Of a stretch of 64,000 nucleotides of DNA, positions 24,327 to 36,768 are shown in pieces (position 1 is the stretch's first letter; each line of letters starts with the position of its first letter). Origin of the DNA: Macrostomum lignano (lineage: Eukaryota); contig NIVC01000758.1 of assembly GCA_002269645.1 (NCBI GenBank), forward strand, positions 62,001 to 126,000. Reading direction: 5' to 3'. Under the pieces are notes generated by a model. That model searched no databases. It saw nothing but the letters and a program-made list of their open reading frames with translations, and was not told the origin of the DNA. A program made the translations under genes and the position numbers.

Positions 24327-26984
24327 TGCTTCACCTGCGTATTGTGTTGCAGATTTTGGATTTTATATTTTTTAAAAACATATTTGCATTTCAAGAAACT
24401 CAATTAAGTAATTTTAATGAAGAGGAAGGCTAGTTAGATTATTGATATTAACTGTGTTGTCTTTGACGAGAGGCTTTCAGATATTTTATTTTGGCTTTAA
24501 GAAAAGTGTAAATATAAATATAAATTTACTGTTTTAAATACCACAAATTAAATCTAATGTAAAAACATGGCAATAGAAAAATATTTAAAGTAAATGTTTA
24601 AAAGAAAGAAATAATTAATTACATTTTGCCTTCAGTAGTTTTTAAAAGCTCTTTAGAGCATCTGTGACTGTAGAAATAGAAAATTTATTTTTGGCTTATA
24701 AGTGGCAGAACATTATATTTTCTAAGTGTAGGTTAATTCATGAAAATTATCACTAGGCATTAATTAAAAACAGGGAAAGAAACCTGAAAATTAAACTAAT
24801 GATAAAGAAAAGTTTAGCCAATCATTATATAAATTATTTTTCTGATATACAGGAAGTTGATATGAATTAATTAGTATAAAAAACAAACAAGACTTCGTAT
24901 CTTTTCAAAACTTGTTAAATACAACTTACTTGTACGAGTACCTCCGTAATTTCTTCATTCCATTCATTTAATGGTCTTTAATGCATGTACGAGTCGAAAA
25001 ATAGCTCGTATAAGCGCTTCTTCGTTTGTCACTACTTTTGTGACAAAAAGGAAAAGCCGCCGAATCGGCGAGTGCGTTAAAAAGTATTTGCTGAATAATA
25101 TAATATATCAGTCACGTTTTCTCGATTCGGATCATAATTTAAAATATTATCGTGAAGCAACATTGTTAGAAAAACAAAATAAAAAGTTAAACTGTTAAAA
25201 TAAAGAAGTTGCTAGTATATATACCCTTCGCTGCAAATAGGAGTTCGAAATAAAATGCTAAACTGCCCCAAAGCTAAATTAATTTTTTGTTATCCACATT
25301 TCGTACGATTAGATAACGTTTTAGGATACAGCCATTAAGATTTTTTCTACGTAGCTACCGAACAAATTTTGATATTTCACATATTTTAAACGCTGTACGG
25401 TTCACTCACGATTTTTTAAAAAGGAACATATATGAACGTATTTAGTTTGGACCTGTTTGGTTTCCAATCAAAGAGCATTCCTTCACTATTACGTATTATC
25501 GATTTTTTAGAAGTTACGATAGAAAAACGCTGATTTTTAGCGTTTTTTAGCGCGCTGATTTAATGCTCTTATAGTCTATATGATACTAATATCACAATAG
25601 ACTTTAGAAACACCAAATTCCAGATCACATGGAATACTCGTATAAACCGAACTTCACAATGCTTTGGCATAATGTACCTGCATGATTGACAGTCACTGTT
25701 CTAGAGCGTACATGTACATGTACTACTAAATGATGAGCCTGCTTTACTTCGATAGTGTGGCTGGCTGCCTCGACTGGCAAGTCCAGCGCGTACTAACCGC
25801 GGCCCTCTCTCCTCAGGTCAAGGCAAAATTAGATCGTTCATGTAGTTCATCATAAATGTAGAGGGCTTTTAATGCCCGGCGATTAATAAAAATTAACAAG
25901 CCAAAAACACGCGAAGCTATTATAGAATTATAATTAACAAATATAGACAATTTGTAAGGCAAAAACTGCCCTTAAAGGCTAAGCCAAAGTCGCAGCATAT
26001 CATGGAAGATAAAATAAAGTTTAATAAATGATTTAAATAAATATATTTATTAATAAACTCATAGGCAGTTCACAAATCGCACCAGGAATGCAAAACGCGT
26101 CAGACAAACCGAAAAAACTGGAGAGTTTTGATTAAAATAGGCAACAGTTAGCAGATTGGCATACTGGTGGATGAGCTAATCAGCGGATTTAAATAAATAA
26201 TAAAGCAGTGCAGATTGGGAGCTGTAAAACTGTATGTAAAGCTGTAATTCAAGAACACAGCAGGACACAGCGGAAGTGACGGATCGTCAGCAGCTTAAGG
26301 CCGGATCTAAAAAATATGGGGAGGCCTTGGGGAGTCTCAGTGAACTCCAATATTAATATCAGGCAGGTGTGCACAGGAAAGTGAAATATGAGCTAACGGT
26401 ATTTACTTATATACTACTAAAAGTAACAGTATGTACACAATACACAAATGTACAAGTTCAAATGTACGGAAGCCAGCAAGGTCAGCGCCAGTGTCGGACA
26501 GACAAAACAGACGTTTCTAAAAAACTTGTACTTAAAAAACACCCAAGGAAGCGCAGAGGCTCAAAAACTGCCTGTGCGCGCCGTGGCAGCGATGGACAAA
26601 TAAGACGGCTGTCAAGAAAGCTCACGAATAAACAATTTTAATGAACAAATATAAATAAGTAGAAAACAATAAAAGTCAGCACGCGGACTGTCGTTGACAC
26701 GAGCGGAGAGTTCAAAGACAAATTTTGGCCAGCCAAAGAGCGCCTGAGGGAGAACTGCGATTCGGGAATAACGTGTGTGGGGATAAATGAACAGAGCTTG
26801 GGATAAGAGAGATTGTGCACTCACGCACAAAATTATCAAGGTTGAACAAAATTTAAGAGTAAAAAATATACAAAACATACTACTGAACTCGATGAGGGCC
26901 AGTAATCGGGATCGACTCAACTCCAGTCTGCAAAATTTTGATAATAACAAATTACTCTAATTTAACCATTTGCTTTAAATTTCG

Positions 26985-27465
26985 GATCAGAGCTGGGATC
27001 GGATCAGAGCTGGGATCAGAGGTGGGATCAGAGGTGGGATGAGAGAGGGGATCAGAGGTGGGATCAGAGGTGGGATGAGAGAGGGGATCAGAGGTGGGAT
27101 CAGAGGTGGGATGAGAGAGGGGATCAGAGGTGGGATCAGAGGTGGGATGAGAGAGGGGATCAGAGGTGGGATCAGAGGTGGGATGAGAGAGGGGATCAGA
27201 GGTGGGATCAGAGGTGGGATGAGAGATGGGATCAGAGGTGGGATGAGAGATGGGATCAGAGGTGGGATCAGAGGTGGGATGAGAGATGGGATCAGAGGTG
27301 GGATGAGAGATGGGATCAGAGGTGGGATGAGAGATGGGATCAGAGGTGGGATGAGAGATGGGATCAGAGAGGGATCAGAGGTGGGATCAGAGGTGGGATC
27401 AGAGACGGGATCAGAGCTGGGATCAGAGCTGGGATCAGAGGGGAGCAGAACTGGGATCAGAACTG
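26985..27465. repeat. 12-bp repeat (GGATCAGAGGTG / GGATGAGAGAGG) in the DGK 3'UTR
   Basis: Begins immediately after the DGK stop codon. Confidence 0.92.
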
Positions 27466-27468
27466 AGA

Positions 27469-28413
27469 TCATTCTTCGCTGCCGCCTCCACGATGGCAGA
27501 GCAGGCGGCCGAGGCCGGACGGCCGGGCGGGCGGTGGGGCGGCCAGCACAGCGGCCTGGCCAGCGCGGCAGATGCTGACGGTGCCAGCGGGCTGCTGCCA
27601 GGGCTCGCCGTCGATCTGCATGGCGAAGCTCCGCCTCGTGCGGATGACGATCTCCGAGCACTGCGCCAGCCTGCGGCCGGAGCTGGGGAAGCCGCCGGCC
27701 ACCAGGCCAGCGTGGACGGCGCCTTTTAAAGCCACGACTTCCAGCAGGCCGTCGCCCATGTCCTGCCTGGCGAACTGGCGGTGGCCGGGCCTGTCGGACC
27801 AGAGGCTGCGGCCACCGTACACCGAGGCGATGTTCAGCACGGCGACGCCTTCAAGCGGCGGCCCGTCGGCCAGGTTCAGCACGCAGCCGTCGCAGACGAT
27901 GTCTAAGTCGCGGTGGAGGTTCTTGCAGGTGGCGCCGAGCAGCTCGGAGGCGCCGATGCCAGCATAGTAGATCTTGTTCCGCAGCCGCGAGTTGAACCGC
28001 TTCGGGTGGCGCTCCCGGCTGAGGTGCCACCGGCGGGCGATGGCAGCGTCCACCCCGATGCTGAAGTAGTTGTTCACGATGCCCACGGGCGGCCGGCCGG
28101 ACTCCGCCGCCTGCTGGGCGTCCCCGCCGGCCGGCTCGGTCGAGAAGTCGATGCGCCAGCGGTCCAGCCGGACGGCGGTGCCGGCGGCGACTCGCTGCAG
28201 GATGCCTTCCAGCGGCTCGCCTTCGTAGCCACCGCCCCAGCCAAGGCAGCGGGCGAGGTCGTTGCCGGTGCCCAGCGGCAGCACCGCCACAGGCGGCCGG
28301 TCGCCGGGCCAGTCGAAGGTGTCCATCGCCTCCAGCAGCCAGCCAGCGGTGCCGTCACCGCCGCAGACCAGCACGCGGAATTGCTGCAGCTGGTGAAACA
28401 GCCTGAGGCCGCG
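27469..28413 (-). CDS. DGKB: Type I DGK, catalytic/accessory terminal exon
   Basis: CGGDGTAGW, LPLGTGNDL, NNYFSIGVDA, QIDGEPW; stop TGA at 27471-27469. Confidence 0.95.
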   Translation of the reverse strand, partial: RGLRLFHQLQQFRVLVCGGDGTAGWLLEAMDTFDWPGDRPPVAVLPLGTGNDLARCLGWGGGYEGEPLEGILQRVAAGTAVRLDRWRIDFSTEPAGGDAQQAAESGRPPVGIVNNYFSIGVDAAIARRWHLSRERHPKRFNSRLRNKIYYAGIGASELLGATCKNLHRDLDIVCDGCVLNLADGPPLEGVAVLNIASVYGGRSLWSDRPGHRQFARQDMGDGLLEVVALKGAVHAGLVAGGFPSSGRRLAQCSEIVIRTRRSFAMQIDGEPWQQPAGTVSICRAGQAAVLAAPPPARPSGLGRLLCHRGGGSEE

Positions 28414-28549
28414 CTGGTAGCCATTTCGGGGGAAAGGGTGGCACAATGCTGAATTGTCCCCCCGATGGCGAATCCACCTTGTTACTATTTTAGACCACTA
28501 TCTGAGGAAAAACCATTTTCATATCGCACTTATCACAGCGAATTGTGAA

Positions 28550-28820
28550 TCCTGTTCTATTTTTAGACCGCATACTATGGTGAATCCCGTTTGTTTCTAT
28601 TTTTAGACCACACACAATATGGTAAATCCTGTTTGTTTCTATTTTTAGACCACATACAGTTTGGTAAATCCTGTTTGTTTCTATTTTTAAACCGTATACT
28701 ATGGTGAATCCTGCTTGTTTCTATTTTTAGACCGTATACTATGGTGAATCCTGTTTGTTTCTATTTTAGACCGCATACAATGGTGAATCCCGTTTGTTCC
28801 TATATTTAGACCACACATAA
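28550..28820. repeat. 40-bp minisatellite in a DGK intron
   Basis: About 7 units CTATTTTTAGACCGCATACTATGGTGAATCCCGTTTGTTT. Confidence 0.9.
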
Positions 28821-28849
28821 GATTGCCTGGCAATGCTGCAGCAGCTCAC

Positions 28850-29359
28850 CATGGGGCCGCCATCGCTGATCAGGTCGTACACCTGCCTGGGGTTCAGCAG
28901 GTAGCGCAGCCTGCGCAGCACCCGGGCACCCTGCCGGCCGCCAGATTTCGGATTGACGAAGGCCAGCACCGGCACGCAGTCGGGCGGCGGCACCAAGCGG
29001 AGGGTCAGGGAGGTCGGCCGGCCGTCCAGCACGGCAGGATACAGGGCGCCTGGCGGCAGGAGCTGTTGGCGGAGTGGGCCGAAGTCGCAGGCCTGGTCGG
29101 CCCATTGCTCGGCGCAGCGGCCGTGCAGGCAGACTTGGCACCAGCGGCAGCGCAGGTTGGCGAGGCTGCGGCCCAAAGTCCGGCGGCACCTGCCGCAGCG
29201 GGCGCCAGCGCAGTTGCCCTCCGTCCAGTGGTGCTGCGGCTGCTGGCAGCCCCGGTGCTGCTGAGGCCCAGACTTCGCGTAGGTGGCGATGCAGGAGGCC
29301 GGCGCCCTGACCAGGCACTTGTCGTGAACAGTGTAGCGGCACAGCACGCAGCGCAGGCC
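28850..29359 (-). CDS. DGKB: Type I DGK, C1a/C1b and start of catalytic domain
   Basis: GLRCVLCRYTVHDKC, HHWTEGNC...CRWCQVCLHGRC, FVNPKSGGRQG, LLNPRQVYDL; donor GTGAGC at 28849. Confidence 0.93.
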
Positions 29360-29563
29360 CTGCAGTTGAAACCGGCATGATAGACTTCGACTGACATGAT
29401 TATGGAGCTGCCTAATTGCGTAATTCAAAAACATAGGTGCTGCGAATCGCATATAATACTTCTGACAGTATGTACACGACTGATATTAGTATAGGCAGCA
29501 AAAATTGATTACACCTGACCTAAGGTGCAGATGTGCAACCGACAGCTCAATTACGCAAATTGT

Positions 29564-29640
29564 TCCAGTGGCATCGGGAATCGAACCCCCGACCTTTCAG
29601 TCGTGAGCCCGACGCTTTAAACACTAGGCTACAACCCCCA
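29564..29640 (-). mobile_element. tRNA-derived SINE-like head or tRNA pseudogene in a DGK intron
   Basis: A-box-like TAGCCTAGTGTTTAA, CT-CAC-GA loop, GAAAGGTC, B-box GGTTCGATTCCC; acceptor stem does not pair. Confidence 0.6.
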
Positions 29641-29671
29641 GATAGCCAGCAGCCGCAGGCGCACAACTAAC

Positions 29672-29893
29672 CAGCTTGTTCAGGCCAGTCAGCTGCCTCT
29701 GGCACGCATTGCAGTGCCGACCCTTCACGAACCGCCGCAGCCGCCATTCGTGGCTGCTGTCATCTTTAACGCTGGCGTCCAGACCGAGCAGCGGCAGGAT
29801 CGGCACTGAGGAGGCGCCGCCGCGGAGCCAGTCGGCCAGGCTGAGCCGGCCGTAACCGTCGGAGTCCAGCCGCCACATCAGGTCTGTCAGGAT
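29672..29893 (-). CDS. DGKB: Type I DGK, EF-hand 2 and start of C1a
   Basis: ILTDLMWRLDSDGYGRLSLADWLRGG...HEWRLRRF...CNAC; CAG acceptor, donor GTTAGT at 29671. Confidence 0.88.
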
Positions 29894-30010
29894 CTGCGGA
29901 TGCACAGGTTGCAGAGCTTCGGACTTTAAAATGAGTAAAAAGTTAAATATTTGCAGGGGTTACAAATTACTACAGATAAAATAAACTGTCTCAGGTTAAA
30001 TAAATAATGG

Positions 30011-30778
30011 CTGCAGGTACAGTCAGATACAGGTGAGTCAGCTGCAGGTACAGACAGATACAGGTGAGTCAACTGCAGGTACAGACAGATACAGGTGAGT
30101 CAGCTGCAGGTACAGTCAGATACAGGTGAGTCAGCTGCAGGTACAGTCAGATACAGGTGAGTCAGCTGCAGGTACAGTCAGATACAGGTGAGTCAGCTGC
30201 AGGTACAGACAGATACAGGTGAGTCAGCTGCAGGTACAGTCAGATACAGGTGAGTCAGCTGGAGATACAGTCAGATACAGGTGAGTCAGCTGCAGGTACA
30301 GACAGATACAGGTGAGTCTGCTGCAGGTACAGACAGATACAGGTGAGTCAGCTGCAGGTACAGTCAGATACAGGTGAGTCAGCTGCAGGTACAGTCAGAT
30401 ACAGGTGAGTCAGCTGCAGGTACAGTCAGATACAGGTGAGTCAGCTGCAGGTACAGTCAGATACAGGTGAGTCAGCTGCAGGTACAGACAGATACAGGTG
30501 AGTCAGCTGCAGGTACAGACAGATACAGGTGAGTCAGCTGCAGGTACAGTCAGATACAAGTGAGTCAGCTGCAGGTACAGTCAGATACAGGTGAGTCAGC
30601 TGCAGGTACAGGCAGATACAGGTGAGTCAGCTGCAGGTACAGTCAGATACAGGTGAGTCAGCTGCAGGTACAGTCAGATACAGGTGAGTCAGCTGCAGGT
30701 ACAGTCAGATACAGGTGAGTCAGCTGCAGGTACAGTCAGATACAGGTGAGTCAGCTGCAGGTACAGTCAGATACAGGT
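30011..30778. repeat. 31-bp minisatellite CAGGTACAGTCAGATACAGGTGAGTCAGCTG
   Basis: About 25 highly homogeneous units starting ~25 nt inside the DGK donor at 30804. Confidence 0.96.
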
Positions 30779-30804
30779 GTGGGCGAAGGCCAGCTGTAAC
30801 TCAC

Positions 30805-31075
30805 AGGCCGCAGCTCCGCAGTGTCCCAGTCCAGACTGGCTGCCACCTGCACCATCTGGCCAATGATGGCGCCAACCTCCCCAGCATCCAGATAGCCCTT
30901 GTCGCCAGTGTCGAACAGGTGAAACAGGGATTCTAGTGTCTGCTCTGGTGACTTCCCCAGCTCCAGGTTGCTAACGCAGCGGACCAGACTCAGGTCCACG
31001 CCAGCAATACCAGCATTGGAGGATGCACTGTTAGTGTGCTGTCCAGCTGACATGCTATTCACGATGGAATGCCTA
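30805..31075 (-). CDS. DGKB: Type I diacylglycerol kinase, EF-hand 1 exon (start approximate: 31075 or 31072)
   Basis: SPEQTLESLFHLFDTGDKGYLDAGEVGAIIGQMVQVAASLDWDTAELRP resembles the DGK alpha/beta/gamma EF region; donor GTGAGT at 30804. The symbol marks the type I subfamily, not strict orthology. Confidence 0.85.
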
Positions 31076-31219
31076 CTGAAAGGTTATTGACCAAACCTTA
31101 TTCAATGGAAATAGTTTCATTTTCTAATGATTTTTTAACAAAATAGTTGTTCTATTAAACAACAATATGCAATATTGAATGTCATTTTTAATACAATTTT
31201 TGAAATTTGTCATTTGTCA

Positions 31220-31810
31220 TCTCTAACTATAAAAATCAAAACTCTGTCTGTGTGTCTGTCTGTCTGTCTGTCTGTGTGTCTGTGGACAATTTTGATCGCT
31301 ATGGACTCCCAAACCACTCAACCAAATTACACCAAACTTTACACCCACCCTAAACTCACTACGGAGAATGTCTTAGGCTACCTTTTAATTTCCTAGACTC
31401 AAGTCTTCCTACCTAAAAGTACAAAAAACTGCTCAAAATGCGCGATTTTTTCACTAAATCCTCCATAGCGCCGCTCCACTTCTACCGATTCTCTTCAAAT
31501 TTGACGCAGGCAATTTTCAACTATTTTGACACAATCGTGTAAAATTTCAAATCTCAAAGTTAATCCTGAAAGCCGCTGTGCACTTTTAAAGTTTGGCTGT
31601 TTTTTTCAGCGAGGCAGCCACCCCAACCTCCGCCCGCCTGCCTCTCTTTCCCGATCTGGGCCCAGATGTGTAAAAGGGTTTCAAAATTGACTAACTTTCA
31701 GCTGCCATAAGTTTGCTCCAAGTAAAGCGATTGACTTCAAACTTGACACAATTCTTCGTTGACTTATTCTCTGTCTAAATGTAAAGTTTCAACTCTCTAA
31801 CTCAATCAGA
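31220..31810 (+). mobile_element. Non-autonomous microsatellite-bearing repeat (Helitron-like), copy A
   Basis: Starts A|TCTCTA..TATAAAAATCAAAACTCTG then (GTCT)n; ~600 bp of clear similarity to 48932-49097 + 53843-54239. The Helitron class is inferred from the A|TC start and architecture; no 3' CTAG found. Confidence 0.6.
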
Positions 31811-32477
31811 ACAGAAACTGTAAACATGTAAAGTTTGTCTGCTTTTTCTGTTGTTTGTGCCACTCACTCACTCATTCCCCCAGAGCCAGACGAAGGGTCA
31901 GGCGATAGGACTGAATGTACATAGCGAATGTACAGTGTTTTGGAATAACTTTTTAATAGCCTTCTCTGTACCCCCGCGAGTGGAGAGGCGTGGAGAGGAG
32001 AGAGTTTAGCGAGAGATTCAATTTCAAACCACTGTCCTCTGAATAGACAAGTCTGCAGCAGTTAAACAAGGATGGTAAATCAAGGCGATGTGGGATGGTT
32101 TATAAAAATATCGAAAAATTAATGAATAACTGATTACAATGCAATCCTACTAAATTAGTTAGTTAAAGCATGAAGCTTTTAACATTAAGATTCGCATAAG
32201 GTAACTTTAAAATTTAAATGGCTACGAAGAAATGCGTATTTCCTTGGTTGTTAGACTGCTGCAGACTGGTGGTGGAGCTGGGGAATGGAGATACACAAAT
32301 TCCTCTCAGGGCTGCTAATTGGCCAGAAAGATGACGCGATTAAAGCATGAGAAATGATAACAAATAACAACCATGATAGTATTACTTCCCATCCCATGCA
32401 CAAACTGGCTTTCGAAGCAGGGATCGGCAGATTTTTATCTCAAAGGCCAGATAAAGAATCCAGCTCATGGCTGCGGG

Positions 32478-32863
32478 CCAGATGAGAGTGAAAAGGAAAA
32501 GGAATAGACTATTAGAAAGGGAGGAGGGGCGAGAGGGGATAAGAGAGCAGATAGAAGATAACAGGAGAGACGAGGGGGTTGAGGAGAGAGCAGAGAATAG
32601 GAGAGAGCAGAGATGGGACGAAGAAGCGAGAGGGGGAGAGAGAAGGGAGACGAAATAGTAGAGGTGAGAAGATGGAGAGAGAAGAGGGGAGAGATGAGAC
32701 AGAGGATCGATGAGAGAGGAGAGTGGAGAAGAGTGAGAAGAGATGAGAGATGAGAGAACAGAGAGGCAAATGAGAGAGCATCGAGAGAAGAGATTAGAAA
32801 GGATAGAGAAGAGAGGAGATAAGAGGGGGAGAGAGAGGAGTGAGAAGAGAGGAGATAAGAGAT

Positions 32864-32952
<89 letters not shown>

Positions 32953-33950
32953 GAGAAAGAAGAGAGGACAAAGGAGAGATGATAGAGTAAAGGGAAGAGG
33001 AGGAGAGAAAAAAGATATGAGATTGTAGAGATGAGGGAGATGAAAGGAAAGATGAGAGAGTAGAGATGAGAGATGAAGGAAGAGAGAGCAGAGTGCAGAG
33101 AGACGAGAGAAGAGAATAGAGGGGTGAGAGTATAGAAGAGGGAAGAGAAGAGAGGAGTAAGGAAAGAGAGGAGTCAGAAGAGGAGAAAGAGAAGAGTACA
33201 CAGTAGAGAGGAGAGTAGAGATGACAGAAGAGAGAGGGATATGAGAGAGCAAAGATGAGAGTGAACAGACGATATAAGAGAGGAGAGAGGAGAGTGGAGA
33301 GAGAAGAGAGAAGACAAGAGAGGGAGAGAGTATAGAAGAGAGAAGAGAAGAGACGAGAAGAAAGAAGAAAGGAAAGAGAGTCCTGAGTCAAAAAAGGGGA
33401 AAGAGAGGAGTACAAGAAGAGAGAGGTGAGAGAACATATGAGAGTAAAGATGACAGATGAGAGAGGGGAGATGAGAGAGCAGAAACCAGAGTGAATAGAC
33501 GAGAGATGGGAGAGTAGAGAGAAAAGAGGAGAGATAAGAAATAAGAGATGAGATGTGGGGACAAGGGAGAGATGAGAAGTGAGTGAGGAGAGAGGAGGGG
33601 AAGGGAGAGAATTGAGAGGACAGGGGAAATTGGTGAAAAGGACGAGAGAGGAGAGGAAAGAGGGGAGAGATTAGAGAGAAGAGAGATAGGACAGGAGAGA
33701 GCAGAGAGAAGAGAGGAGAGAGAGAAGAGAGAAATGAGAAAAGATAAGAGAGAGAGAGAAGATAAAAGAAGAGAAATGAGATATAAGAGAGCGAAGACGA
33801 GAGAGAAGGGAGGTGAGAGAAAAGAATAGAGGGGAGAGGGAAGAGACGAGAGAAGAGGGGAGAGAGGAGAGAGGACAGAGAAGAGAAGAAAGAAGAGATA
33901 AGAGGAGAAAAAGAGGAGACGAGAGACGTGAGAGAAGATAGGAAACAGAA
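32478..33950. repeat. Purine-rich (GA) low-complexity tract with a perfect (GA)n core at ~32878-32950
   Basis: Seen directly. Confidence 0.93.
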
Positions 33951-36067
33951 AAGAAGATGGAAGTTTTAAAGGATGCAAAGTACATAGGGAGAGGCAGAGG
34001 TAGAGGCCAGAGTTTGCCTGACATTCTGCGCAGCACCCCAGCCAACAATATCAATGTTTGCTTCAAATCCTAATTTTACACGAATCTATACTCTATTTTA
34101 TGTTTAACTCCATCCTAACTATTAACAAGTTTTTGTTTGAGTTTGACCTCAGATTTTAGATTACATGCAAAAATAATTCTGGGGAATGGAGTTCCCCGGG
34201 TTCAAAATCCGCGGGTTTCAACAGCTTGTTTGTCAAATAAAAGAATTGTTTTGAAGGGTTTGGGTTAATTAAATTTAAATCAAGCTATTAGAAAAGCATT
34301 CAGTAAAGAGCAGAGTTGAATATAACAAGGGTGGTTTCTAATCTTGTACATGGATTTCAAAGAACTCTCTTATATATGCTGTAATGATTTGTACAATCAA
34401 CTTAAACTAAAATATCTATTAATTAGATTAAATAATTTTTCTGATTATGATTTATACTTAAGTTTTATTTGTGTATAGTTAATATTCCCTAACCTATATA
34501 CAATGATTTGATTATATTTTGTATGTCTTAATATTGACTTTTAATTCCACATTCTTATTGCTTTAAATTATTATTATCTCATTATTGCTTAAACAAGCTT
34601 GCACTTTGACATTTTAACCATTTATCTACCTAGGTCCCTAGGCTAAGGTCATATTATAATGATATATTGGATTTATTAATATTAATAAGTCAGTATATTT
34701 AATTAACTTTGGGACTTTTTCAAGACTACTTTAATATGGAGTTAAGTTAGAGTTAAGTAGTAGTTATAAGTAGTAGTTAGAGACTAAAAGTTTCCCTTAA
34801 AAAAACAATCCTAACTTTCTTCACTACCCAAATAAAATATGCATATGATATAAAAACTCAGTTGTTTAGCTTCCAGGATATTTTGTCAATTGGCATTTTA
34901 TTAACTAGTACTTTGTCAACCAGACTAAACATTATTGCAACTGGACATTTGGTTCAAGCCAAAATTATTCATTTGTCATGTTAAGCCTATTAGCTATTCA
35001 TCTGCACTGAATGACTAATAAAATCAATATGTACAATTATAATTACTTATCTTTTAGATTTAGTGCACCTTCCTGCATATATCACTTATTTAATATTCAT
35101 ACATGTGCAAGCTTAGAAATCACTCAACCATTTCTATTGGCAACCTACACATGTAAGTCACTATTGGCTGAGAGCAGTTACATGACTACTATTCTATCCA
35201 ATAGCAACTTACATATGTGTGTTGCCAATAGAAATGGCTAGATGAATCCCTAGGTTGTGCCCAAGCATGTTAATATTTAAAGGAATGTTTAAAATATTGC
35301 ACCAATGTTGAAGGCATGGTGAAACCATTTCCTATAGCTGTCACAGTCAAATTTGTCATTATTATCATTGATACCCTTTCAGCAAACAGGGCATTTTGGA
35401 GCTTGCCAATGTTTACAAGGCATTGTTCAGCTGCATGATGCAACCCCAAGCCCAAGGTGCAACCCTATTGAGGACTAAACATTGCTACAAAATCTACTAA
35501 GTCCTATTGGAATAAGTCTTCATTTTGCAGATGCCTATCTGGCATGCCTGAGAAATTTGGCAGGTGCAGGTGACACAAATATGTGCATACGCAGGCACAC
35601 TTATAGGTGTATCTGCACATATATATGGGTACGCATGCATATAAGAGCATAGACCATGCTAAACCTACAAAATAAAAAGGCAAATTTAGAAAACTAGAAA
35701 AGTGTAATTCAAAGGATATCTAGTCAATCTTGCAGCTAGATAATCTGGTGACAGACAATCCAGCAACAGTCAATCTAGTGACAAAGTGTAATAAAAAGCT
35801 GTTATATTTAATTTTGTTTTTGGCATTTAAACAGATGAGAGAGTTTTGATTGTTTTAATTATATATTATTGTTATTAATTATTATTATTGATATTTATTT
35901 TTTAGAATATATGCAAAAAAAAGTTTTAAAGATTAGAATTTAGTGGGTGCAAAATGTACAGATTTTGATCAATAGCTTCTTTTCTTATAATGATAATATT
36001 GCTTTAAAAAAAGGGAAACTGCATTTATAAATAGATATCTTCTTTCTTTATTTTTACTAAGGGCTGA

Positions 36068-36768
36068 ATACTAGTTTTATAATCAGATACATGATTTCAT
36101 TACAAAATTGGTCACCAGATTGTCTATTTGCATACTAGTTTCATAATCAGATACATGATTACATTACAAAATCGGTCACCAGATTGTCTATTTGCATACT
36201 AGTTTCATAATCAGATACATGATTTCATTACAAAATCGGTCACCAGATTGTCTATTTGCATACTAGTTTCATAATCAGATACATGATTTCATTACAAAAT
36301 CGGTCACCAGATTGTCTATTTGCATACTAGTTTCATAATCAGATACATGATTTCATTACAAAATCAGTCACCAGATTGTCTATTTGCATACTAGTTTCAT
36401 AATCAGATACATGATTACATTACAAAATCGGTCACCAGATTGTCTATTTGCATACTAGTTTCATAATCAGATACATGATTACATTACAAAATCGGTCACC
36501 AGATTGTCTATTTGCATACTAGTTTCATAATCAGATACATGATTACATTACAAAATCGGTCACCAGATTGTCTATTTGCATACTAGTTTCATAATCAGAT
36601 ACATGATTACATTACAAAATCGGTCACCAGATTGTCTATTTGCATACTAGTTTCATAATCAGATACATGATTTCATTACAAAATCGGTCACCAGATTGTC
36701 TATTTGCATACTAGTTTCATAATCAGATACATGATTTCATTACAAAATCGGTCACCAGATTGTCTATT
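36068..36768. repeat. 64-bp tandem array (~11 copies)
   Basis: Period measured 36132 to 36196. Confidence 0.95.

Noticed and set aside
29564-29640. Functional tRNA gene
   Set aside because: The acceptor stem does not pair and the anticodon stem is irregular
33960-34075. Candidate upstream DGK exon (NIDIVGW / GVLRRM...YFASF)
   Set aside because: Only vague similarity, needs a frameshift, and has no clear donor
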